Source of the DNA: Candidatus Pelethosoma merdigallinarum
GTDB taxonomy: Bacteria; Bacillota_I; Bacilli_A; RF39; UBA660
Assembly: GCA_018716065.1 (NCBI GenBank)
Contig: DVKJ01000009.1
Span: forward strand, 1-55,259
DNA length: 55,259 nt
Direction of reading: 5' to 3'
In this document: positions 8,964 through 17,932 of the stretch, piece after piece
Layout of the letters: each line of letters starts with the position of its first letter
Position numbering within the stretch: the stretch's first letter is position 1
The notes under the pieces: model-generated
Seen by the model: the letters and a program-made list of their open reading frames with translations, nothing else
Told to the model about the DNA's origin: nothing
Database searches by the model: none
Program-made: the position numbers and the translations under genes

Positions 8964-9073
8964 AAGAAATCCACCCAACTCAGCAATGATTTAGGTGGAA
9001 CCCAAAATAGTTTGGTAACACTCAACATGCGACTATTAAGTGTTCCTCTTCATTATATTCAAGTTTCCTTGAC
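8958..9073 (-). ncRNA. putative antisense small RNA convergent with the 27-aa ORF
   Basis: Minus-strand promoter TTGATT (9108-9103), 17 nt, extended -10 TGaTACAAT (9088-9080). Minus-strand hairpin TCCACC/GGTGGA (8999-8970) is followed by TTTCTTTTAT. Confidence 0.3.
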
Positions 9074-9123
9074 GTATTCATTGTATCACGACTTTGTATA
9101 TTAATCAATAGAAATCTATTTTC

Positions 9124-9909
9124 TTATCTTTTTTTATTATATGTTTCTATATTTTTTAATAGTAAGGCATACAAAGAATAAAGTTCTTCTTTATCTATTT
9201 GAATGGTTTCAGGAAGGTTGTGTACTTCCTCGTTTGATAAATAAAGAATTGGTTGAAAGTTTGTTAATCGTTGGTAGTCTTCCTGATTCATGATCATATT
9301 TTTTGTCGCATCCCAATAGTTATTCTCTGTTTTGTTAATACAATGGGGTGTTTGAAAACCATGCATATTTACCATACCTAATTCTACATTCAAGTGTTTT
9401 TCTTTTGCTAATTGATAAGCTAAGTCGTAACACCCCTGATTTCTTTCACTGGTAAGAAGTGTATGGTAATACGGACTTTGAGATAAAACATCACTAAGAA
9501 GATAATAAGAGAATGTTCCAATTACGGTATTTAAAATAAATTGCTTTTTATGAATCGAAACATTCTTTATTTGTGGATAAAATTTTTGATAATGATTCGC
9601 AATTTTTTCTCTATCTGCATCTGTACTGTTTGCCATAAAATGGGATAAAACATCGATATACTCTAAGATGAGTTCTTCGTTAGAAACTTGTTCTTCCTGT
9701 TTGATTCTAATAAATGTCGTAGGATCGCCATATAAATCAAAATAAAGTAATAAATTATATTCTTCTATAGCTTGTTCTAAAGCTTCTTTTTGTTCTTCAT
9801 TTTGAGGTTGGTAGACTTTATATACACAAGCTCTTACATGATCTATAATTTCTTGTTCTTGTTTCTTTCGATTTTCTTCTAAATAGTAATAGTTCTCTAA
9901 TCGTTCCAT
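9124..9909 (-). CDS. hypothetical protein, possibly a transglutaminase-like Cys-His-Asp fold
   Basis: Segment NQGCYDLAYQLAKEKHLNVELGMVNMHGFQTPHCINKTENNYWDATKN has the G-C...H...W-D spacing of transglutaminase-like cysteine peptidases. Confidence 0.5.
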   Translation of the reverse strand: MERLENYYYLEENRKKQEQEIIDHVRACVYKVYQPQNEEQKEALEQAIEEYNLLLYFDLYGDPTTFIRIKQEEQVSNEELILEYIDVLSHFMANSTDADREKIANHYQKFYPQIKNVSIHKKQFILNTVIGTFSYYLLSDVLSQSPYYHTLLTSERNQGCYDLAYQLAKEKHLNVELGMVNMHGFQTPHCINKTENNYWDATKNMIMNQEDYQRLTNFQPILYLSNEEVHNLPETIQIDKEELYSLYALLLKNIETYNKKR

Positions 9910-10045
9910 ATAATCCCTCTTTCTTTCATTATAACTGAAAAAAGAATGAATTTAAGTACCAAATTTTGTTATTTCATGAATATTGTAAAAAATGTCTATG
10001 AAATGTCGAATTTTGTGGTAAAATTGATATAGTAGAGGTGAGAAC

Positions 10046-11761
10046 ATGAACCATATAACGCTATTATTGATAACCTTATATTTTGTGACTGTTCTTTTAG
10101 TAGTAACAATATTAAATTTAATTCAGGGGCGTAAGAAGAAAAGAATTAAAAAAGAGTTAGAAAAATTAGAATATGAAAAGAATATTATTGATAGTATTCC
10201 TATTATATCGGAATTGGATAAAGTAGGATCTTTATCTAAAAATGAAAAAATGGAACTTGCTTATAATGAATGGAAAGATCGATTAGAAAATATTAAAAAT
10301 TCACAAATTCCTAGAATTACCGATATGTTAATTGAGGCAGATTATTCCTTATCACAAATGGACTATAAAACAACCATGTATAAAATTGCCAAACTAGAAA
10401 TGGAATTATATAAAGTAAAAGCAAATTCTGATTTCTTATTAAATGAAATTAAAGATATTACGGAAAGTGAAGAAAGAAACCGTGATGTAATTACGAAACT
10501 GAAAGTTCGTTATCGTGAACTTTATCAACAATTTCAAAGTAAAAAATTAGAATATGGGGAATATGCGGATATTATTACTTTACAATTTGAAAATATTGCC
10601 AAACGTTTTGAAGAATTTGAAGACATCATGGAAAAAAACGAGTATACCGAAGTGGGACCTATTATTACCGCCATTGATGAAATGTTAAAACACATGAGTG
10701 TCGTAGTAGAAGAAGTTCCATCCATTGTATTACTCGCCACGACTGTTTTACCAACCAAAATGCGTGAAGTTTGGGATCAGTATCAAGCAATGATGCAAAA
10801 AAATTACCCTTTGGATTATTTAAATATTGAATACAACCTAGAAGAAGCCAATAAAAAAATAGAAGATATTTTAGAAAGACTTCGCGAACTGAATCTAGAA
10901 GATAGCTTATTTGAATTAAAAGTATTATTAGATTATTTTGAAAATGTCTTTAATGACTTTGATAAAGAAAAAGTAAATCGCTCTACCTATGAAGAAACCA
11001 ATGAATCATTTGTAACAAAATTAACCAAAATCAATCAATTATTAAGCGAAATCTTTGGAAGTTTAGATGAATTAAAAAGTATTTATAATTTATCAAAGAG
11101 CGATATTGATTTATTAAATACCATCAAAAAAGAAATGGATACCTTAAATGAAGATTATAAAGTATTAATGAGTCATACTGGAAATAATACCTTCGCTTAT
11201 TCCAAACTAACAAAAGAAATTGAATCTTTAATGGTTCGTCTATCTTCTATTGAAGATAAATTAGACATGTCTTTAAATACGTTAGGTAGTATGAAAGAAG
11301 ATGAAGTACGTGCTCGTCAACAACTAGAAGAAGTTAGAAATATCTTGAAAGAAGCGAAAAATCAAATTCGTGGATATAACTTACCAGTTATTCCTAAAAG
11401 TTATTTCACAGAACTGAAAGAAGCACAAGCTGCAATTAAAGAAATCGTTAAAGAATTAAATAAAAAACCAATTACCATAGATGTATTAAATACAAGAGTA
11501 GATACCGCTCGTGATTTAGTATTGAAGTTGTATGCTAAAACCAAAGAAATGATGAAAACAGCGATGTTTGCCGAAATGGCTATTGTCTATGGTAATCGTT
11601 ATCGTTCAACCGGAGAAGAAGTAAATAAGAATTTAACGTATGCGGAAGTATTATTCTATAAAGGAGAGTATCAAAAATCCCTTGAACTTACCATTAATTC
11701 TTTAAATCGAATTGAACCAGGACTTTATCAAAAATTATTAGAGTTTTATGGAAACAAATAG
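10046..11761 (+). CDS. ezrA: septation ring formation regulator EzrA
   Basis: Single N-terminal TM helix followed by ~540 aa of coiled coil, with length and layout typical of EzrA. Confidence 0.8.
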   Translation: MNHITLLLITLYFVTVLLVVTILNLIQGRKKKRIKKELEKLEYEKNIIDSIPIISELDKVGSLSKNEKMELAYNEWKDRLENIKNSQIPRITDMLIEADYSLSQMDYKTTMYKIAKLEMELYKVKANSDFLLNEIKDITESEERNRDVITKLKVRYRELYQQFQSKKLEYGEYADIITLQFENIAKRFEEFEDIMEKNEYTEVGPIITAIDEMLKHMSVVVEEVPSIVLLATTVLPTKMREVWDQYQAMMQKNYPLDYLNIEYNLEEANKKIEDILERLRELNLEDSLFELKVLLDYFENVFNDFDKEKVNRSTYEETNESFVTKLTKINQLLSEIFGSLDELKSIYNLSKSDIDLLNTIKKEMDTLNEDYKVLMSHTGNNTFAYSKLTKEIESLMVRLSSIEDKLDMSLNTLGSMKEDEVRARQQLEEVRNILKEAKNQIRGYNLPVIPKSYFTELKEAQAAIKEIVKELNKKPITIDVLNTRVDTARDLVLKLYAKTKEMMKTAMFAEMAIVYGNRYRSTGEEVNKNLTYAEVLFYKGEYQKSLELTINSLNRIEPGLYQKLLEFYGNK

Positions 11762-11789
11762 ACTGAACAACAATGTTCAGTCTTTATTT
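11761..11789. terminator. intrinsic terminator shared by ezrA and the convergent gene
   Basis: GACTGAACA (11761-11769) / TGTTCAGTC (11774-11782) followed by TTTATTT. Confidence 0.7.
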
Positions 11790-12187
11790 CGATCTATAAA
11801 ATAATGCTCTAATAATTTTTTTACTTTTCTTTTCGGATAAAGATCCGCTAAGGTATCCTTCTTCTTAGGATCTAACTTTTTCTGATAAAACTCCTCAAAA
11901 GGAATTAAATCTTCTTTTCGTAAATAGAAGTGCTGATCCTCTATTTTTTTAGAACTAACTTTATCATAACTAAATATTCCAAGATATTCATTCTCACTTA
12001 TCCTATAAAAAAGTTGTTCACCCATTCCAATCAGTAATAAATCATATTCTGGTATATAAATCGATTCTTGAAACATTTCTGAATGATGCATTTGTAATTC
12101 TGGATCATTTTCCAAATATTCCACTAAATAATACTTCCCATAAAAAATACGTTTAAATATATTTTTATCAAAATCTAGTATTTTCAT
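11777..12187 (-). CDS. hypothetical protein (136 aa)
   Basis: ORF trimmed to the ATG at 12187 (MKILDFDKN...), which is preceded by a GGAGA SD. No motif recognised. Confidence 0.5.
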   Translation of the reverse strand: MKILDFDKNIFKRIFYGKYYLVEYLENDPELQMHHSEMFQESIYIPEYDLLLIGMGEQLFYRISENEYLGIFSYDKVSSKKIEDQHFYLRKEDLIPFEEFYQKKLDPKKKDTLADLYPKRKVKKLLEHYFIDRNKD

Positions 12188-12205
12188 AAGTATCTCCTTA
12201 AATAT

Positions 12206-12610
12206 ATGATAAATCATAGACCAAAAAAACAAAATTGTCAAATTTTTGCGATATATTATTTGAATGGTTTGGATCACTACATTAAAGAAGTTTTAAGAAT
12301 TAAGTATTATCTAAGATATATGGATGATTTTATACTGATTCATGAGAATAGAGAGTATCTAATGTTTTGTTTAACACAAATAAAAAAATATTTGTCTTCG
12401 TTAGAATTATCTTTAAATCATAAAACATGTATGATCCCTAAAAGAGAAGGATTATCTTTTTTAGGGTATCGCTTTGAAATAAAATCAAATCAAGTCGTTG
12501 TATCTATGAGTAATCAAAATAAACGAAGAGTAAGAAAACATGGTAAGAAGAAATATTTAGGATATATTAAAATCATAGATAAGAAGAAATATAAACGGTG
12601 GAAAAAATAA
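12206..12610 (+). pseudogene. 5'-truncated reverse transcriptase remnant (DGR-like RT, motifs 4'-7 only)
   Basis: QIFAIYYLNGLDHYIKEVLRIKYYLRYMDDFILIHENREYL...LSFLGYRF equals the palm motifs around the YMDD box. RT motifs 1-3 are absent and no SD is present. Confidence 0.65.
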
Positions 12611-12643
12611 AGGAGAAATGTTATAATACTTGCGGTGATGGTT

Positions 12644-13819
12644 ATGAATGGATTATTATTAATTAAATATGGGGAATTAACAACCAAAAAAGGAAATCGT
12701 AAATTCTTTATTCAAACGTTAGAAAAAAATATTCGTTCGATTTTAAAAAAATTTAATTTTGAAATAGAGTATGATTATGTACGTATGTATATTAAGTGTG
12801 AAGAACGTGATTTAGAAGAGATTGTTTCTTCTTTACAAAAAGTTTTTGGAATTCATGGTATTGTTATTTGTCATAAAGCAAATACTAAAGATGAGATCTT
12901 TGAAATCGCTTTAAAACTTTTAAAAGAAAGTGGCGCGAAAACATTTAAAGTAGAAACGGTACGTGCGGATAAAAGTTTTCCTATTCCAAGTATGGAATTT
13001 AGTAGACAATTAGGTGGATATTTACTAAAAAACTTAGAGGTTAAAGTGGATGTTCATCACCCTGATGAAATCATTAAAGTAGAAATCAGACGAGAAGGAA
13101 ATTTTGTTTATGTAAAGGAAACACCTGGAATTGGTGGATATCCAGTTGGTATTCAAGGAAAAGGAATTCTAATGCTTAGTGGTGGAATTGATAGTCCAGT
13201 TGCTGGTTATTTAGCTTTAAAAAGAGGTGTAGATGTGGAATGTCTATATTTTGAATCACCACCTCATACCAGTGTAGAAGCCAAAAATAAAGTAATCACC
13301 CTTGCATCTATTTTAAATGAATATTCTGGTCATATTAAAGTTCATGTGATTCCTTTTACAAAATTACAAGAAGAAATATATAAAAAAGTAGATCCAGAAT
13401 ACGTGATTACAATTATGCGTCGCATGATGTATCGTATTGCCGAAAAAGTGGCTCATGAACGTAAAGCTAAAATTATTATTAATGGGGAAAGTATTGGTCA
13501 AGTAGCCAGTCAAACGTTAAGTAGTATGAGTGTGATTAATGCCGTAACCAATATGCCAGTGATTCGTCCCGTTGCTTGTATGGATAAATTAGAAATTATT
13601 TCTTTAGCTGAAAAAATAGGAACTTATACGACAAGTATTTTACCTTATGAAGATTGTTGTACGATCTTTTTACCAAAACATCCAGTCATTCATCCAAACT
13701 TAGAGCGTGTTTTAAATTTTGAAAAAAATTTTGATTTTGAAAGCTTGGTGGATGAATGTGTTCGAAATAAAGAAACAATTACTAGTTTTGAGAATGATGA
13801 ATTTGAAGACTTATTGTAA
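12644..13819 (+). CDS. thiI: tRNA 4-thiouridine synthase / thiazole sulfur carrier ThiI
   Basis: N-terminal ferredoxin-like/THUMP region (LLIKYGELTTKKGNR) and PP-loop LSGGIDSPVAGYL. The start is ambiguous (GTG 12635, ATG 12638 or ATG 12644). Confidence 0.9.
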   Translation: MNGLLLIKYGELTTKKGNRKFFIQTLEKNIRSILKKFNFEIEYDYVRMYIKCEERDLEEIVSSLQKVFGIHGIVICHKANTKDEIFEIALKLLKESGAKTFKVETVRADKSFPIPSMEFSRQLGGYLLKNLEVKVDVHHPDEIIKVEIRREGNFVYVKETPGIGGYPVGIQGKGILMLSGGIDSPVAGYLALKRGVDVECLYFESPPHTSVEAKNKVITLASILNEYSGHIKVHVIPFTKLQEEIYKKVDPEYVITIMRRMMYRIAEKVAHERKAKIIINGESIGQVASQTLSSMSVINAVTNMPVIRPVACMDKLEIISLAEKIGTYTTSILPYEDCCTIFLPKHPVIHPNLERVLNFEKNFDFESLVDECVRNKETITSFENDEFEDLL

Positions 13820-13844
13820 GGCAAAAATTACCAACTAATTTCTT

Positions 13845-13873
13845 GTATGAAAAACCAAAATGTACACATTCTA
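13845..13873 (+). promoter_or_regulatory. forespore (sigma-G/sigma-F type) promoter of the SASP gene
   Basis: GTATG (13845-13849), 17 nt, CATTCTA (13867-13873) fits the GHATR-17/18-CATxHTA consensus. Confidence 0.45.
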
Positions 13874-13897
13874 TAAGTGTACAGGAGGTGAAACACA

Positions 13898-14104
13898 ATG
13901 AAAAACAATAGTTCAACAAACAAATTAGTTGTTCCAGGAGCTAAACAAGCTATCGAACAAATGAAATATGAAATCGCTAACGAATTTGGTGTTAATTTAG
14001 GTCCAGATGCAACTTCAAGAGCTAATGGTTCAGTTGGTGGTGAAATCACGAAACGTTTAGTTCAAATGGGAGAAAAAAGTCTTGGAAATTACCAAACTAA
14101 ATAG
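13898..14104 (+). CDS. alpha/beta-type small acid-soluble spore protein
   Basis: [24 protein letters not shown] and [12 protein letters not shown] are the two conserved SASP alpha/beta blocks. AGGAGG SD. Confidence 0.9.
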   Translation: MKNNSSTNKLVVPGAKQAIEQMKYEIANEFGVNLGPDATSRANGSVGGEITKRLVQMGEKSLGNYQTK

Positions 14105-14117
14105 TTGATATAAACAA

Positions 14118-14145
14118 AGGACAGTGATTGATACTGTCTTTTTCT
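14118..14145 (+). terminator. intrinsic terminator of the SASP gene
   Basis: GACAGT / ACTGTC stem followed by TTTTTC. Confidence 0.65.
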
Positions 14146-14242
14146 ATAGGTAGGTGATTTTTGTGCAAGGATATTATGAATATCTCTATGAATTAGGTAG
14201 AAGATATTACGCGGAAGTTATAAAACATCATTATAAAAAAGG

Positions 14243-14827
14243 CTAATTGCCTTTTTTCTTTAAAATATCATCAATAATACCATATTCCTTAGCTTCTTTA
14301 GCCGTCATAAAGTTATCTCGTTCGGTATCTTGTTCAATGATTTCTAACTTTTGCCCCGTGTTTTTGGATAAAATGTTATTCAATTTATCTTTTAATTTTA
14401 AAATTCGTTCCGCAGCTATTTTAATTTCGGTTGCTTGTCCTTGGGCACCTCCTAATGGTTGATGAATCATGACTTCACTATTGGGTAAACCAAAGCGTTT
14501 TCCTTTTGTTCCACTGGAAAGAAGAAAAGCAGCCATACTAGCAGCCATACCAATACAAATGGTAGATACATCACTTTCAATGACATTCATCGTGTCATAA
14601 ATCGCCATTCCAGCTGTAATACTACCACCTGGAGAATTAATATAAAGATGTATGTCATCATGATTTAAGGAATCTAAGTATAACAGTTGTGCGACAATAC
14701 TATTGGCATTATTATCGTTAATCTCATCACTTAAAATAATAATACGATCTTTTAAGAGTCTAGAGTAAATATCATATACTCTTTCTCCATGGTTACTTTT
14801 TTCAATGACGGTTGGTATTAAGTTCAT
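14243..14827 (-). CDS. clpP: ATP-dependent Clp protease proteolytic subunit
   Basis: Catalytic blocks [11 protein letters not shown] (Ser) and VMIHQPLGG (His), full-length ClpP. Confidence 0.95.
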   Translation of the reverse strand: MNLIPTVIEKSNHGERVYDIYSRLLKDRIIILSDEINDNNANSIVAQLLYLDSLNHDDIHLYINSPGGSITAGMAIYDTMNVIESDVSTICIGMAASMAAFLLSSGTKGKRFGLPNSEVMIHQPLGGAQGQATEIKIAAERILKLKDKLNNILSKNTGQKLEIIEQDTERDNFMTAKEAKEYGIIDDILKKKGN

Positions 14828-14943
14828 TTCTTCACCTCACGTTATTATGATAATCCAAAATATTGTTTTTTATTCAAGAAATAAAGTGACAAAATAACAT
14901 AATTTTGGTAAAATGTAATAGAAATAGAATAAGAGGGGATACT

Positions 14944-16608
14944 ATGGTAAATGAAATAACCATTACATATGAAGGAAAAGATCCATTAAAGTTTCCAAAG
15001 GGAACGAGTTTATATGAGATAAGTAAATCGTATCAAAAGTACTTTAATTATCCAATACTTGCCGCAAAAGTAGACAATGATGTGATTGGATTAAATGAAA
15101 CACTTACGAAAAGTGCGGATGTGCATTTCTATGATCGTAGTACCTATCATGGTAATAGTACGTATGGAAGAACTCTTCAATTTATTATGATTGTTGCGGT
15201 TGCGGAATTATTCAAAGGACAAGCGGAAGTTGTTATTGAACACTCCATTGATAAAGGTTTTTATTCGGAAATTTATGGAATCAATATTGATCGTCCACAA
15301 ATTCAAGCATTGGAAGATTATATGCACAAGTTAGTGAGCCAAGATATTGTGATTCCTAAGCTTAGTGTTTCTCGTTTAGAAGCGATGCGTTATTTCAAAA
15401 GTAAAAGTCAATTAGATAAAGCACGTGTCCTAAAGTATACTAGTAATACTTATATTAGTATGCATCAATTAAATGGTGTTTATGACTATTTCTATGGTGA
15501 TTTAGCTTATAGTACAGGTGTGATTGATGATTTTAAATTAACGTATATTCAAGATAATGGATTTGTTGTTAGCTTCCCTGATGTATATAATCCAGAGTGT
15601 ACCTTAGATTATAAACATCATTCTAAATTATTTGATACGTTCTTAGATTATACAAAATGGGGAAGAACCGTAGGTGTTAGTAACGCTGCCGATATGAATC
15701 ATATCGTTTCACGTGGACGTTATGGAAATTTAATTCGTCTTGCAGAAGCTTATTATAATTCACAAATTTCTAATATTTCTGAAAAAATCTATGAAGCAAA
15801 AGATCGAATTAAAATTATTCTTATCGCCGGTCCATCTTCAAGTGGAAAAACAACCTCTTCTAAAAAATTAGAAATTTATTTACAAAGTAGAGGAATTCAT
15901 ACCCATCGTATTTCCGTTGATGACTACTTTAAAGATCGTGAAGAAACACCTTTAAATGATAAAGGAGAACCAGATTTTGAAAGTTTAAATGCGATTGATA
16001 TTACGATGTTTAATAAAGATTTAACGAAATTACTCGCTGGTGAGAAAGTATTACTCCCAGAATATAACTTTATTCTCGGTAAGAAGGAGTATCACAAACG
16101 TTGGTTACAAATGAAAGAAAATGATATGATCATTATTGAAGGGTTACACAGTTTAAATGATGACTTAACACCCGTTATTGAAAGAAATGCGAAGTTTAAA
16201 ATCTATTTAAGTCCACTAACACAATTAAATATTGATCGTCATAATCGAATTCATACGAGTGATATGCGTAAATTAAGACGAATTGTTCGTGATAATAAAT
16301 TTAGAGGATATTCGGCTGCCGATACCTTAAAAATGTGGAAAAATATTCGTGCAGGGGAAGAACTTTACATTTTTCCATTCCAGGATCACAACGATGCGAT
16401 TATTAATTCTGCTTTGTTGTATGAAATTGGAATCTTAAAAACATATGCGGAACCATTGTTATATTCAGTTCCAGCAAATGATCCAAATTATCCAGAAGCT
16501 CTTCGTTTAATCAATTTATTAAGAAATTTCTTAACGATTCCATCAGAAGAAGTACCAGCAGATTCTATTTTAAGAGAATTTATTGGTGGAAGTTGTTTTA
16601 AAGAGTAA
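14944..16608 (+). CDS. TGS-domain / P-loop nucleoside (uridine-type) kinase fusion protein
   Basis: N-terminal TGS-like region, P-loop IAGPSSSGKTT, uridine-kinase-like C-terminal half. The start is trimmed to the ATG at 14944, after an AGAGGGGA SD. Confidence 0.75.
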   Translation: MVNEITITYEGKDPLKFPKGTSLYEISKSYQKYFNYPILAAKVDNDVIGLNETLTKSADVHFYDRSTYHGNSTYGRTLQFIMIVAVAELFKGQAEVVIEHSIDKGFYSEIYGINIDRPQIQALEDYMHKLVSQDIVIPKLSVSRLEAMRYFKSKSQLDKARVLKYTSNTYISMHQLNGVYDYFYGDLAYSTGVIDDFKLTYIQDNGFVVSFPDVYNPECTLDYKHHSKLFDTFLDYTKWGRTVGVSNAADMNHIVSRGRYGNLIRLAEAYYNSQISNISEKIYEAKDRIKIILIAGPSSSGKTTSSKKLEIYLQSRGIHTHRISVDDYFKDREETPLNDKGEPDFESLNAIDITMFNKDLTKLLAGEKVLLPEYNFILGKKEYHKRWLQMKENDMIIIEGLHSLNDDLTPVIERNAKFKIYLSPLTQLNIDRHNRIHTSDMRKLRRIVRDNKFRGYSAADTLKMWKNIRAGEELYIFPFQDHNDAIINSALLYEIGILKTYAEPLLYSVPANDPNYPEALRLINLLRNFLTIPSEEVPADSILREFIGGSCFKE

Positions 16609-16611
16609 TCA

Positions 16612-16643
16612 AGAATTGACGTATTTTGGTCAATTCTTTTTTT
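16612..16643 (+). terminator. intrinsic terminator
   Basis: AGAATTGAC / GTCAATTCT 9-bp stem followed by a T-run. Confidence 0.7.
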
Positions 16644-16673
16644 GTATAATATTGTCAACAAAAAGGGATTTAA

Positions 16674-16702
16674 TTGACATTAGAGTTTAATTTTACTACA
16701 AT
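16674..16702 (+). promoter_or_regulatory. sigma-A promoter of gap
   Basis: TTGACA (16674-16679), 17 nt, TACAAT (16697-16702). Confidence 0.6.
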
Positions 16703-16726
16703 ATTATTGAAAGGATATGGTGAAAA

Positions 16727-17734
16727 ATGATTAAAGTCGCAATTAATGGATTTGGGCGTATTGGACGTTTAGTATTTCGTTTAATGGAAGAAAATCCTGC
16801 TTTTGAAGTAGTGGCTATTAACGATTTAACCGATGCGGAACAATTAGCGTATTTATTAAAATATGATACTTCTCATCGCAATTATCGTGTTGATGAAATT
16901 CGTTATGAAGGTAATGATTTAATTGTAAAAGGACGTCATATTAAAGTATATGCCGAAATGGATCCTAAAAATTTACCATGGAAAGAATTAGAAATTGATG
17001 AAGTTTTTGAATGTACTGGTAAATTTGTAAAGAAAGAAGCTGCCATGGCACATATTGAAGCAGGAGCTAAGAGAGTAATTATTTCTGCGCCTGCTAAGGG
17101 AGATGTTAAAACCATCGTTTATAACGTTAACCATGACACTTTAGATGGTACAGAACAAATTATAAGCGCGGCAAGTTGTACAACCAACTGTCTAGCTCCT
17201 GTATGTAAAGTGTTAAATGATGTGTTTGGTATTGAAAAAGGATATATGACAACGGTTCATGCTTACACGAATGATCAAGCAATCTTAGATGTTGCTCATA
17301 AAAAGGGAGCTAAAGCGCGTCGTGGGCGTGCAGGTGCTGCGAATATCGTTCCATCATCAACAGGTGCCGCTAGTGCGATTGGATTAGTAATTCCAGAAAT
17401 TTCTGGAAAATTAAAAGGAAGTGCCATGCGTGTACCAGTAACAGATGGTTCAGTTGTTGATTTAACACTTGAATTATCAAGAAATACAACCGTAGAAGAA
17501 ATTAATCAAGCCTTCAAGGAACATGCGAATGAAACCATGGGATACACAGAAGATCCTATTGTATCAAGTGATATCATTGGATCACGTTATGGATCTATGG
17601 TAGATGGACTTCTTACTGACGTATTAGAAGTAGATGGAAAACAATTAGTAAAAGTCATCGCTTGGTATGATAATGAAATGAGTTATAGTGCTCAAATGGT
17701 TCGTACTGCTGAATATTTAGGAACAATGAAATAG
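16727..17734 (+). CDS. gap: type I glyceraldehyde-3-phosphate dehydrogenase
   Basis: INGFGRIGR NAD-binding motif and catalytic SCTTNCLAP. Confidence 0.95.
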   Translation: MIKVAINGFGRIGRLVFRLMEENPAFEVVAINDLTDAEQLAYLLKYDTSHRNYRVDEIRYEGNDLIVKGRHIKVYAEMDPKNLPWKELEIDEVFECTGKFVKKEAAMAHIEAGAKRVIISAPAKGDVKTIVYNVNHDTLDGTEQIISAASCTTNCLAPVCKVLNDVFGIEKGYMTTVHAYTNDQAILDVAHKKGAKARRGRAGAANIVPSSTGAASAIGLVIPEISGKLKGSAMRVPVTDGSVVDLTLELSRNTTVEEINQAFKEHANETMGYTEDPIVSSDIIGSRYGSMVDGLLTDVLEVDGKQLVKVIAWYDNEMSYSAQMVRTAEYLGTMK

Positions 17735-17932
17735 TCATTGTTCTTTTTTTATAAAAGGTATCCACAGGAAAACGATCATATAATCATGGTTTTAGAATTA
17801 GATCAAGAAAAGATTTATTTAAAACGATATTATGGATAAGATAACAATTTTGTCACAAAGAAAGGGAAAACTTTCTTTTTTTCTTTAATTAAGGTATAAT
17901 AATAAGGTATGGATAGAAAGGAATCTTTGATC

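Noticed and set aside
8789-9028. Track ORFs 8789-8989 (+, TTG start) and 8822-9028 (-) in the rpsD-adjacent gap.
   Set aside because: Neither has an SD and both have implausible composition. The SD-led 27-codon ORF (8880-8963) and the RNA structure explain the region better.
12206-12610. Looked for DGR accessory parts around the RT fragment and in the surface-protein genes: an Avd-like gene and a template/variable repeat pair differing at adenines.
   Set aside because: I recognised none by eye. thiI starts 25-35 nt after the RT fragment and an unrelated divergent gene abuts its 5' end. This needs a computational repeat search, so no DGR is claimed.
14163-14246. 27-codon GTG-initiated Tyr-rich ORF ([27 protein letters not shown]) with an AGGTAGGTGA SD between the SASP gene and clpP. 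It overlaps the clpP stop.
   Set aside because: It has a non-ATG start, no recognisable family, and overlaps the clpP terminator region. It is plausible but cannot be supported from sequence alone.
17786-17839. 17-aa mini-ORF (MVLELDQEKIYLKRYYG) and a hairpin plus T-run in the gap-pgk intergenic region.
   Set aside because: There is no SD, and a TATAAT sits only 2 nt upstream of the ATG. This is most simply the gap terminator and pgk promoter region.
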